Shown here piece by piece: positions 1-8,362 of a stretch of DNA of 64,000 nt (position 1 is the first letter of the stretch; each line of letters begins with the position of its first letter). The notes under the pieces are model-generated. The model was given only the letters and a program-made list of their open reading frames with translations, searched no databases and was not told the origin of the DNA. The DNA is taken from the NCBI GenBank assembly GCA_042408215.1, contig JAYFMW010000028.1, positions 96,001-160,000 on the forward strand, in the 5' to 3' direction. Position numbers and translations under genes: made by a program. Source of the DNA: Microcoleus sp. Its GTDB lineage: Bacteria; Cyanobacteriota; Cyanobacteriia; Cyanobacteriales; Microcoleaceae.

Positions 1-80
1 TTTTGAGCGAATGTGAGGATCTAGAAACTTACAGTCAAGGACAGGATGCCGATCGCAGATTGGTAGTGCGGCTGCGTTGA
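1..80 (+). CDS. 3' end of Jag/KhpB-like R3H RNA-binding protein (partial)
   Basis: Frame from nt 3 reads LSECEDLETYSQGQDADRRLVVRLR*, typical of the R3H C-terminus; usual cyanobacterial order jag-DUF177-ycf46. Confidence 0.7.
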   Translation, partial: LSECEDLETYSQGQDADRRLVVRLR

Positions 81-198
81 CGGTGGAAAGGAGCGATCAA
101 AAAGAAAAAAGGATAAAGGAGAAAGGATAAAGTGAAAAAATAGCTTTTCCTTTTGAATTTTACCTTTTACTTTGAGAACAGAAAGGCGAAAGATTAAT

Positions 199-714
199 AT
201 GGAGACAATTTATATCCCTCATCTACTCCACAAATCTGAGCGGAAAGAGGCGATCGAATTTGAAGAATTTATACCCGATTTAGAAACTCTCACTCCGGTG
301 CGAGGTAGCTTGGAAGTGACACACCAAGGAAATTATCTGGAGGTGAAAGGGAAAGCAGAAACCATTGTCACCCTCACCTGTCACAGATGCCTGAAACAGT
401 ACAATCACCGCTTGAGACTCAAATCATCGGAATTAATCTGGCTAGATGAATCAGTCACTCAGCCAGATTCAAGATCGGGAGAAATAGAAGTTGATTTAGA
501 AGATTTGGTGGAAACTTTGCCACCTAACGGTCACTTTGAACCAAGAGACTGGATCTACGATCAATTATGTCTGGAAGTGCCCCACAAACAGATCTGCGAT
601 CCTAAATGTGCGGGAATCATTTTAAATGATGATGCTCCAAATACAGAAAGCTCAGAAACTATATCTGACAGCCGTTGGGCATCTCTGAAGTCACTTAAAC
701 AACAACTGCCTTAG
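199..714 (+). CDS. DUF177/YceD family metal-binding protein
   Basis: CHRCL and CDPKC motifs, C-terminal DSRWASL; ATG at 199 preferred over TTG at 172. Confidence 0.9.
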   Translation: METIYIPHLLHKSERKEAIEFEEFIPDLETLTPVRGSLEVTHQGNYLEVKGKAETIVTLTCHRCLKQYNHRLRLKSSELIWLDESVTQPDSRSGEIEVDLEDLVETLPPNGHFEPRDWIYDQLCLEVPHKQICDPKCAGIILNDDAPNTESSETISDSRWASLKSLKQQLP

Positions 715-723
715 TTATTTTAC

Positions 724-887
724 TAATGACGAATTACGAATGACGAATTACGAATGACGAATTACGAATGACGAATTACGAATGACGAATTACGAATGAC
801 GAATTACGAATGACGAATTACGAATGACCAATGACCAATGACTAATGACTAATGACTAATGACTAATGACTAATGACTAATGACTAA
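724..887. repeat. Short tandemly repeated sequence (AATGACG/AATTACG, then AATGACT heptamers)
   Basis: Visible 7/14-bp tandem repeat. Confidence 0.95.
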
Positions 888-2388
888 TTTTAGTGATGAA
901 TTTGAACTGCTGTTACGATCGCGCTACCCCCTAATCTACATTCCCACAAGGGAGGAAGAACGGGTAGAAGTGGCGATCGCCCACAGTGCCAAAAAACAGG
1001 GCGCTCGCGCTGTCTACATCTGGGATTTTGTTGACGGCTACCAAGGTAATCCCAACGATGCAGGTTTTGGCAAGCGCAACCCCTTACAAGCTTTGGAATT
1101 TATCGAAAAGTTGCCCGCAACCGCGCCGGCAATCTTTATTCTGCGCGATTTTCAGCGGTTTTTAGAAGATGTGGCAATTTCCCGCCAACTGCGGAATTTG
1201 GCGAGACGCCTCAAATCTCAACCCAAAAATATTGTCATCGTATCTCCGATCGTTTCGATCCCGGAAGACCTCAGCGAAGCGATCACTGTCTTGGAGTTTC
1301 CCTTGCCTGCGGCGGCGGAAATCAAAATTGAGGTGGAAAAGCTGTTAGGGGCGATCGGACAGGCGATAGAAGGGCATTTGGTGGATGAAATGGTGCGCTC
1401 CTGTCAAGGGTTGTCGATCGAACGAATTCGGCGAGTTTTGGCAAAGGCGATCGCCACCAAAGGCGAACTCCATACCGACGACGCAGAACTGATTTTAGAA
1501 GAAAAACGCCAAACTATCCGCCAAACTCAAATTCTAGATTTTTACCCAGCCCGCGAAAATATCTCCGATATCGGCGGTTTGGACAATCTCAAAGAATGGC
1601 TGCTGCGGCGCGGTGGTGCTTTTTCCGATCGCGCGCGCCAATACGGTTTACCCCATCCCAGAGGTTTGTTGTTGGTCGGAATTCAAGGAACCGGAAAATC
1701 TTTAACTGCAAAGGCGATCGCCCACCACTGGCATTTACCCCTACTGCGTTTGGATGTCGGGCGTCTGTTTGCTGGATTAGTCGGGGAATCTGAATCCCGC
1801 ACCAGACAAATGATTCAGCTAGCGGAAGCTTTAGCGCCTTGCGTGCTGTGGATTGATGAGATTGACAAGGCTTTTGCGGGATTAGATGGTAGAGGCGATT
1901 CGGGGACAACTAGCCGGGTGTTTGGAACTTTTATAACTTGGCTGGCCGAAAAAACTTCCCCTGTATTTGTAGTTGCAACTGCCAACAACATTCAGTCTTT
2001 GCCGCCAGAATTGCTCAGAAAAGGTAGGTTTGACGAAATATTTTTTGTGGGTTTACCTAGTCAGGAGGAACGGCGGGCGATTTTTGAGGTACATTTGTTG
2101 CGGCTGCGATCGCACAGCATCAAAAATTACGATGTAGAGCGCTTGGCTTACGAAACTCCAGATTTTTCAGGAGCCGAAATTGAGCAAACTTTGATTGAAG
2201 CCATGCACATTGGATTTAGCCAAAATCGAGACTTTACCACCGATGATATTTTAGAATCAGCTAGTCAGATGGTCCCCTTAGCCAGAACGGCTCAAGCACA
2301 AATCCAGTTTCTTCAAGATTGGGCTGCTGCGGGGAAAGCTCGTCTTGCTTCTCGATACGGCAGTTTAAGTCGCCGAATTCAGGGATAG
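880..2388 (+). CDS. ycf46: Ycf46-family AAA+ ATPase
   Basis: Walker A GIQGTGKS, Walker B WIDEIDK, LLRKGRFDE; N-terminus LLLRSRYPLIYI. Confidence 0.85.
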   Translation: MTNFSDEFELLLRSRYPLIYIPTREEERVEVAIAHSAKKQGARAVYIWDFVDGYQGNPNDAGFGKRNPLQALEFIEKLPATAPAIFILRDFQRFLEDVAISRQLRNLARRLKSQPKNIVIVSPIVSIPEDLSEAITVLEFPLPAAAEIKIEVEKLLGAIGQAIEGHLVDEMVRSCQGLSIERIRRVLAKAIATKGELHTDDAELILEEKRQTIRQTQILDFYPARENISDIGGLDNLKEWLLRRGGAFSDRARQYGLPHPRGLLLVGIQGTGKSLTAKAIAHHWHLPLLRLDVGRLFAGLVGESESRTRQMIQLAEALAPCVLWIDEIDKAFAGLDGRGDSGTTSRVFGTFITWLAEKTSPVFVVATANNIQSLPPELLRKGRFDEIFFVGLPSQEERRAIFEVHLLRLRSHSIKNYDVERLAYETPDFSGAEIEQTLIEAMHIGFSQNRDFTTDDILESASQMVPLARTAQAQIQFLQDWAAAGKARLASRYGSLSRRIQG

Positions 2389-2482
2389 ACTTCCGAAGTC
2401 AGTAGTCAGATCTATTCCGGTTTCAGTCAGCAATGATTGTTTCGCCTTCTTCCTTCAATTGTCAATTAATTAATTGCGGTTT

Positions 2483-2944
2483 ATGAGCAGTTTATATAGT
2501 GTATTCAAATTTTTAGTGGGTTTTCTCTTAGCGATCGTACTCATGGCAGGTGCTAGCGTGGCTGCTGCACTTTACTTTGCGGCGAAGCTAACTACATTAC
2601 CTGAAAAACCTGTTTTTCCTAACGACAAAACAGCAGTTCAGATTGCCGGCGCTGGGCCGAAGTCAACAGTGAAAGCTAGCCCTGTTTCTGACTCTAGCGA
2701 CAGCCCCTCCCCCAAACCGCTGGAACCGGGAGCCTACAGAGCTATGGTAACTCAGCCGATCGGCTTGATTTTGCGGGATAGTGGTAGCCGAGACTCGAAC
2801 CGGATTGGCGGTGTTGGTTACAAGGAAAAAGTGGTGGTTTTGGAAGATTCGCCAGACAAACAGTGGCAGCGAATTCGGATTGAGGATGGTAATCGCGAAG
2901 GTTGGGTGAAGGGCGGTAATACTGAAAAAGTCGAGGGGGATTGA
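2483..2944 (+). CDS. Membrane-anchored SH3-domain protein
   Basis: N-terminal TM helix, C-terminal GLILRD...WQRIR...EGWVK SH3-like fold. Confidence 0.75.
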   Translation: MSSLYSVFKFLVGFLLAIVLMAGASVAAALYFAAKLTTLPEKPVFPNDKTAVQIAGAGPKSTVKASPVSDSSDSPSPKPLEPGAYRAMVTQPIGLILRDSGSRDSNRIGGVGYKEKVVVLEDSPDKQWQRIRIEDGNREGWVKGGNTEKVEGD

Positions 2945-3080
2945 CACTCCCCGGTCTAAAGACACGGGGATTCTTAAGGACAAACTTTGGGGGATGAATC
3001 CGCCCAAAGTTTAATTCTCAAAGGGTTAGTCAGAAACCCCCTACCCACTCGCTCAAGAATTGAGTCTATGGCAAATGATT
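2941..3080 (-). ncRNA. Putative omega/reRNA scaffold of TnpB
   Basis: Structured region overlapping the tnpB 3' end and right end; conserved in the mini-element at about 10165-10302. Confidence 0.6.
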
Positions 3081-4270
3081 GACTTTCTAATGATATTGGC
3101 TGCACCGTTAACATCTGCATTGATTAACAACCCAGCGCTAGAACAGTACAATCCTCTTTTGATTCTTTTACCCGATGGTTGCCAATTGTCAGGTTTTTCA
3201 CCGACTTTTACTGGCAAAATGTCTCGGTCTAAAAAACTTGCTTTTGATGTGTAAGATTCGTCTTGTTCAACAAATCGCCACCCTCTTAAGTCGCATTCTT
3301 GCTGGAGTCTATCTTTGACTTTAGCTGTGGGTATTTGGACAAAATTCTGATTAGTTACGACCCCCATATTAACCTCTTGCTTCTGTGCCTTGTTCCAGCC
3401 AAAGACTAAGACGTTTATTTGGTTATTTTCGCAATAATCTACGATGGTTCTAACTGCTTTGTTGACAGCATCTCTCATCCTTCTAGTGCGAGTTTCCGAC
3501 AACTGCTGCAATCTTTTTGACGAGAAACCTTTAGGCAGTTTATGTATTGCGTGTTCTGATTGAACTCTCGCTTTTTCTTTATTAAACCATTGGTTCCAAG
3601 ACTTGAGTCTAAGTCCATCAATGATGAAAGGTTTACCATTGCTAGAGACACAAGTTAACCAGTTATTGATGCCGCGATCGATGCCCAGAACCCCTGTCAC
3701 TTCCAAGCTGCAACTAGGGGCTTGTTCAGTCAGGGATTCGTAGACATATTCGACCCATACCGCACCATTTCTAGGGATTAACCTGAGTTCTTTGATCTGG
3801 CAATTCTTGATACGTTCAGGTAGCGGCACCCAAATCGCATCTTTCCCAAAGTATTCTTTTCCTTTTTTCCCCAGGGGTAATCTGATTTTATTTCCAATTA
3901 CCTTTAAGGCTTGACCGGGATATGAAACAGGGTACATTCCCCCTTTGGTTCTGTACCTTGGTAGTCTCGGTTTTTGATGGATTTCTCCTTGATTTGCCAA
4001 CTTCTCTAAGGCTCGGAAAGAAGTAAAAGATTCTGCGACAGATTTAAGAGATTGTTGGGCAACTTGAGAGTATAGCAACCCGTAATTTTCGTTGGTCTTG
4101 GCTATTTTATACAAATCTGGATATTTAACTACGCTTGGGTTCTTAAAGTATTGTTGCCGACTTTCATAGGTGCCGACATTGAACAGATTATTTGACCATC
4201 TTAGTAGTTGTTCGACAATGGTTTTGTCGAGTCCCTTTAAACGCCAAACATCTTTTTGTACAGCGTACAT
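3053..4270 (-). CDS. tnpB: RNA-guided endonuclease TnpB
   Basis: RuvC motifs GIDRGINN, QDESYTSK, NADVNGAANI; intact 405-aa ORF. Confidence 0.9.
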   Translation of the reverse strand: MYAVQKDVWRLKGLDKTIVEQLLRWSNNLFNVGTYESRQQYFKNPSVVKYPDLYKIAKTNENYGLLYSQVAQQSLKSVAESFTSFRALEKLANQGEIHQKPRLPRYRTKGGMYPVSYPGQALKVIGNKIRLPLGKKGKEYFGKDAIWVPLPERIKNCQIKELRLIPRNGAVWVEYVYESLTEQAPSCSLEVTGVLGIDRGINNWLTCVSSNGKPFIIDGLRLKSWNQWFNKEKARVQSEHAIHKLPKGFSSKRLQQLSETRTRRMRDAVNKAVRTIVDYCENNQINVLVFGWNKAQKQEVNMGVVTNQNFVQIPTAKVKDRLQQECDLRGWRFVEQDESYTSKASFLDRDILPVKVGEKPDNWQPSGKRIKRGLYCSSAGLLINADVNGAANIIRKSIICHRLNS

Positions 4271-4510
4271 TTAATTTACTGGCTGTTATGATACTAGGTT
4301 GAGTATAGATCGTGAATTAACAAGTTAATTAATCCTAAACAAATCTTTACCTTGGTCTCAATTGCTAGAAGGATTTGTCCGGGGACGGTTAAACATTATG
4401 TTATCTTGAAACTTACGAACAGGCAGGATAAATCCTGCCACGCCCTTTCATCCCTGGACTAAAGTCACAGGGTTTTCAGGGTATTTCTTATAAGAGAGGG
4501 AGATAGGGAA

Positions 4511-4686
4511 TTGGGCATTGGGCATTGGGCATTGGGCATTGGGCATTGGGCATTGGGCATTGGGCATTGGGCATTGGGCATTGGGCATTGGGCATTGGGC
4601 ATTGGGCATTGGGCATTGGGCATCGGGCATTGGGCATTGGGCATTGGGCATTGGGCATTGGGCATTGGGCATTGGGCATTGGGCAG
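4511..4686. repeat. STRR heptamer tract (TTGGGCA)n
   Basis: About 25 near-perfect copies. Confidence 0.95.
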
Positions 4687-4694
4687 TTAAAACT

Positions 4695-4856
4695 TTCTTC
4701 TTTCTTCTCTCTTCCTTCTTCCTTCGCCTCCCCCTTCTTCCATCTTCCTTCTTCCATCTTCCATCTTCCATCTTCCATCTTCTCTCTTCCATCTTCCATC
4801 TTCCATCTGCCATCTTCTCTCTTCCATCTTCCTTCTTCCTTCGCCTCCCTTCTTCC
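4695..4856. repeat. Pyrimidine-rich heptamer tract (CTTCCAT/CTTCCTT)n
   Basis: Visible imperfect tandem repeat. Confidence 0.9.
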
Positions 4857-5009
4857 TAGAAATATGTTAAGAAACATAGCTAAATTTTAAGCTTAGTTGC
4901 AAAAATGAGGGGTTTTCACCCCACAAAGAGCGAGAGTGGTAACTTTGATGACAAGATGTCAGCCTCTTTGACAACATATCAGATTCAAAGTTATCTAGGA
5001 TAAAAAAAT

Positions 5010-5186
5010 ATGTACGATAAACGTCCCGATCGAGATTGGGCCACTGCTGCTGTTACTGCGGCTTTAGGAGCTGGGGTTGTCACCTCTTTTGCCGTCAGCC
5101 GAGGGCAAAATCCTCTGGTAGCTTTGGGAATTACGGTTTTTGCAGCGGGAGTAGCTTTAATTTGCGATCGGTTTGGCTTAATTTAA
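5010..5186 (+). CDS. Small 58-aa two-TM membrane protein (absent from ORF track)
   Basis: MYDKRPDRDWATAAVTAALGAGVVTSFAVSRGQNPLVALGITVFAAGVALICDRFGLI*; AGGA upstream. Confidence 0.7.
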   Translation: MYDKRPDRDWATAAVTAALGAGVVTSFAVSRGQNPLVALGITVFAAGVALICDRFGLI

Positions 5187-5346
5187 GGAAGCTCTCACTC
5201 TTTGACAACATACTGAATCAGCAGTACACAAAATCCCCGCCCCTCTTTGACAACATCTGCAACAAGCAAAGGCGGGGATATCTTTGAAAACATACTATGG
5301 CGGGCGCAATAAGTAGTATTTTTAGCGACAGCCGGATCAAATATTA

Positions 5347-5751
5347 TTGACACTCTCAGGGCTAAAGCCACTGAGATTCTGCGGACAGAGTAAAACTCTC
5401 GCTACGACCGTCAAACGCCGTCTACCTAGTCACCAATCGTCAAGCGATAGTTTCTAGCTACTTTTATTTTTTCCAATGCTTTCAGAATCCATCACTAAGC
5501 CAAGACGCGGTACGCTCCGCAACCTGCCTTTATTTGCTCTTTCCTGTCATACTGCGCCAGGACTTAAACCTAACCGTTGTTTCATAGGAGCCGGGATTTC
5601 TCCGATACTAGGATGCTTCAACACGTAGATGTTTTTTGTTCTTACTCACGATCTAATTTTAACACAAATACCACTGCGACTGAAGTCGCTCGTGCCGCTT
5701 CCCTAGGAAGGGCTAAAGCCACTGAGTTTCCCGCATCCCGTATTAATTTTT
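5347..5751 (-). mobile_element. Non-autonomous IS200/IS605 derivative (PATE-like), no ORF
   Basis: GGGCTAAAGCCACTGAG at both ends (about 5359 and 5710); minus-strand right end ...CTGAGAGTGTCAA; TTCAT next to the left end. Confidence 0.7.
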
Positions 5752-6080
5752 ATGAATAAGAACTAAAAACAGTTCATCTCTTCGATCGCATCCCAGCCTC
5801 AAAGGCTAAGATGTGCCTCAAACTCTCTTTGATAACTCTTTGATCGCATACCCTGAGTCTTGCATCTCTAGAATCGGCAATGCTATCTTGGCTATTATCT
5901 GTAGTTATTTTTGAGTGTAATTTTTTTCCAAAAACGGGTGCTTCGCGTCAACAGGTAGAACTTAGCCTTGATAGATCCCAAGCCTGCCACTCTTCGGTAA
6001 CATCTCATCTCTTTGATAATATCGGTCGTTTGCTCACACAACCCATCCACCTCTTTGATAACATCTCACACTAAAAAGTT

Positions 6081-7475
6081 ATGGAATCCCTGGCCTACCT
6101 CGAACTTGTTCTTGCTTCCGAAGCACCCGCAGATTCTAAAATCTGTGAGGGGCTGAAGTGGAAACATCTATCCAGTCAGACTTACATCCATTTGCTGTCT
6201 CTGGCTTTAATGCTGTCGGTTTTGAGTGCAGCTAGTTCGGCTTTTGCTCAAATAGATCCAAGATACCCAAATTTGCGATCGGTTCAAGATCAATTGCGGG
6301 AGCTCGGCTATTTCAACAGAAGTTCCACCGGTCAACTGGGCCCGGTGACTCAACAAGCTCTAACCAACTTCCAGCGAGACTATCAACTGTCGCTGACTGG
6401 AAGGCCCGATCGAGATACTGCGATCGCGCTCAATAGTTTGGCGGGCCTTGACACTCAACCTTTGAGAACCTCTTTGACAACCTCTTTGACAACCTCTGTG
6501 ACAAAATACTATACAAATTATCGGGAGTTGCATTTTGGCGATCGAGGTGCAGATGTTTCGTCTCTTCAGCACAGGTTACAGGAGCTAGGCTATTTCAATA
6601 CACATCCAACTGGCAGTTTTCGCGAAGTTACTCTACAAGCCCTTAAAGCCTTCCAGCGAGTTAATCGACTGCGAGTGACGGGTGTTGCTGACAGCCAAAC
6701 TTTAGCTTTGCTGTTTAGCTCAACAGCGCCGATTGGCCCTGTGACGATTCCTGGCAATATTTCGGGAAATGGCGCTTGTAAGGGACTCAGGTTCGGGGAC
6801 AGAGGCCCAACTGTTGACTTGATTCAGCGACAGTTAAAAGTTTTGGGCTATTTTGAAGGCTCAGTAGATGGCAAGTTTAGAGAACGCACTCTCTACGCTG
6901 TGACAAGTTTCCAGCAAGATTACAATCTTGTTTCTGACGGCTGCGCTGACACTGCTACTTTGATTGCTATAGATTCAAGGTTGAGGGCATTTGTGCCGAC
7001 TTCTCCTCACTTCGATCGGCACGATCGTGAATCTAGTCGCTCCGGCTACACTCGCAGACAAGTAATCGCCCTGCAAAGGCAGTTGGCAGAACTGGATTAT
7101 TACAATGGCTCCATCGACGGTGTTTTTGACGAAGGGGTTCGAGATGCCCTGATCCGGTTTCAGGAAGACAATTCGCTACCGACAACTGGGAAGCTCGATC
7201 GCAATACTCAGGTGAGATTAAAGAGAGTCCTCGCACAGAGGAGAACCCCACAAGAATTCACACTGCGACGGGGCGATCGAATCCCTGCTGTGCCGATTAG
7301 CAGCAGTTCCAACTCTCGATCGAGCGTCTTGCAGTTGCAAAGGCGATTGCAAGACCTCGGCTTTTACAATGGCCCGCTGAGTGGAGTTTTTGATGCTCCG
7401 ACAGGAGCCGCCCTCGACCAAGCTCAGCGCAGTTACGGGGTCAGCAGTGACGATTTGTTCAGCCAAACTTTCTAG
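6081..7475 (+). CDS. Peptidoglycan-binding repeat protein (Alr1690-like)
   Basis: Five PG_binding_1-type repeats (e.g. LQxxLxxLGYF...FQ); signal/TM segment; convergent with furA as in Anabaena. Confidence 0.85.
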   Translation: MESLAYLELVLASEAPADSKICEGLKWKHLSSQTYIHLLSLALMLSVLSAASSAFAQIDPRYPNLRSVQDQLRELGYFNRSSTGQLGPVTQQALTNFQRDYQLSLTGRPDRDTAIALNSLAGLDTQPLRTSLTTSLTTSVTKYYTNYRELHFGDRGADVSSLQHRLQELGYFNTHPTGSFREVTLQALKAFQRVNRLRVTGVADSQTLALLFSSTAPIGPVTIPGNISGNGACKGLRFGDRGPTVDLIQRQLKVLGYFEGSVDGKFRERTLYAVTSFQQDYNLVSDGCADTATLIAIDSRLRAFVPTSPHFDRHDRESSRSGYTRRQVIALQRQLAELDYYNGSIDGVFDEGVRDALIRFQEDNSLPTTGKLDRNTQVRLKRVLAQRRTPQEFTLRRGDRIPAVPISSSSNSRSSVLQLQRRLQDLGFYNGPLSGVFDAPTGAALDQAQRSYGVSSDDLFSQTF

Positions 7476-7544
7476 CAGTTGCACCGCTAGGTTTTGTTAA
7501 TTGTTGTAACAATTCGTACTTTCAATGCGAAAATAGGTGTATAA

Positions 7545-8069
7545 TCACTGGTCTGAATCCGGGGCGTTGCCGTTTTGGGCGATCGACCTCGGACAAGACC
7601 AATTGCTAGAAACCAAAGACGGCCATCCCATTCTCAAAGCTTCGTGACAAACAGTATGAATGGTGAGCTGGCAGTCTAGCAGGTGCAACCCTGACTTTTC
7701 AGCTTGCTTCATGCCAATTTTTAAGATCGAATCGTTGTTAAATTCGATCGTTCTGTTGCACTGAACGCAGACTAGGTGGTGGTGGTGGTGCGGGTAAGGC
7801 TGGTTTATTTCATAGTGTTTGTGACCTTCTGCTAGTTCGAGTTCCCGGAGAAGGCTCATCCTTGCCATTAACTTTAAAGTTCGGTAAATGGTGGACAAGC
7901 TAATGTTTTCCCCGCGATTTTTTAACAAAGTGTACAAATCCTCGGCGCTCAGGTGATTGCCTTTGGGGAGGTTCTGAAAAACGTGCAAGATGGTTTCCCG
8001 TTGGGGAGTCATCCGCCAGCCTTTGTCATTGAGTTCGGATTTAAACGAGGACGCGGTATAAAGTGCCAT
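7545..8069 (-). CDS. furA: Ferric uptake regulator FurA
   Basis: GWRMTPQRETIL, HLSAEDLY, STIYRTL, HHHHHLVCVQC. Confidence 0.92.
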   Translation of the reverse strand: MALYTASSFKSELNDKGWRMTPQRETILHVFQNLPKGNHLSAEDLYTLLKNRGENISLSTIYRTLKLMARMSLLRELELAEGHKHYEINQPYPHHHHHLVCVQCNRTIEFNNDSILKIGMKQAEKSGLHLLDCQLTIHTVCHEALRMGWPSLVSSNWSCPRSIAQNGNAPDSDQ

Positions 8070-8292
8070 CTGACCCTCTCAAGAAAGTCTGCCTATTGAC
8101 AATAATACACAACGAGCGGGATATTTTTCAAATATCGGAGCTGATTGAAAAAAGGTTTAAGTAGAAGAGAAATGGAAGTCGAGAAATGGAAGTCGGAAGA
8201 ACGCTCATACAGCAAGCTTTTTAGCCACCTGTATCTGACTTTTAATCAGGTGGATTTACTGACCCAAAAATCTGGTTTTTGATAATTTCTGA

Positions 8293-8332
8293 AAAAAGCA
8301 GAGCCCCGATTTCTTTAAGAAGTCGGGGCTCT
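8293..8332 (-). terminator. Intrinsic terminator-like hairpin downstream of sigC
   Basis: AGAGCCCCGA..TCGGGGCTCT stem, followed on the minus strand by a T tract; same repeat family at about 27811. Confidence 0.6.
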
Positions 8333-8362
8333 AACAGCTATGGCATTCTGGTTTCGGCAACT

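Larger units (their letters stand above)
2941..4489 (-). mobile_element. IS200/IS605-family (IS1341-type, tnpB only) element
   Basis: TTAT target motif at 4490-4493 (minus strand), subterminal hairpins at both ends, right end ...GGGGAGTGTCAA; no tnpA. Confidence 0.85.
4964..6505 (+). repeat. Dispersed motif CTCTT(T/C)GA(C/T)AACAT, about 13 copies, all on + strand
   Basis: Copies at 4964, 5198, 5243, 5280, 5778, 5825, 5836, 5990, 6009, 6051, 6470, 6482, 6494. Confidence 0.85.

Noticed and set aside
4448..4890. ORFs with MPNAQCP/GIGHWAL repeats
   Set aside because: Translations of heptamer STRR DNA, open in several frames
4964..6064. Degenerate CRISPR/mini-array from the CTCTTTGACAACAT motif
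   Set aside because: Repeat is only ~14 nt with spacing from 11 to over 200 nt and spans a coding ORF
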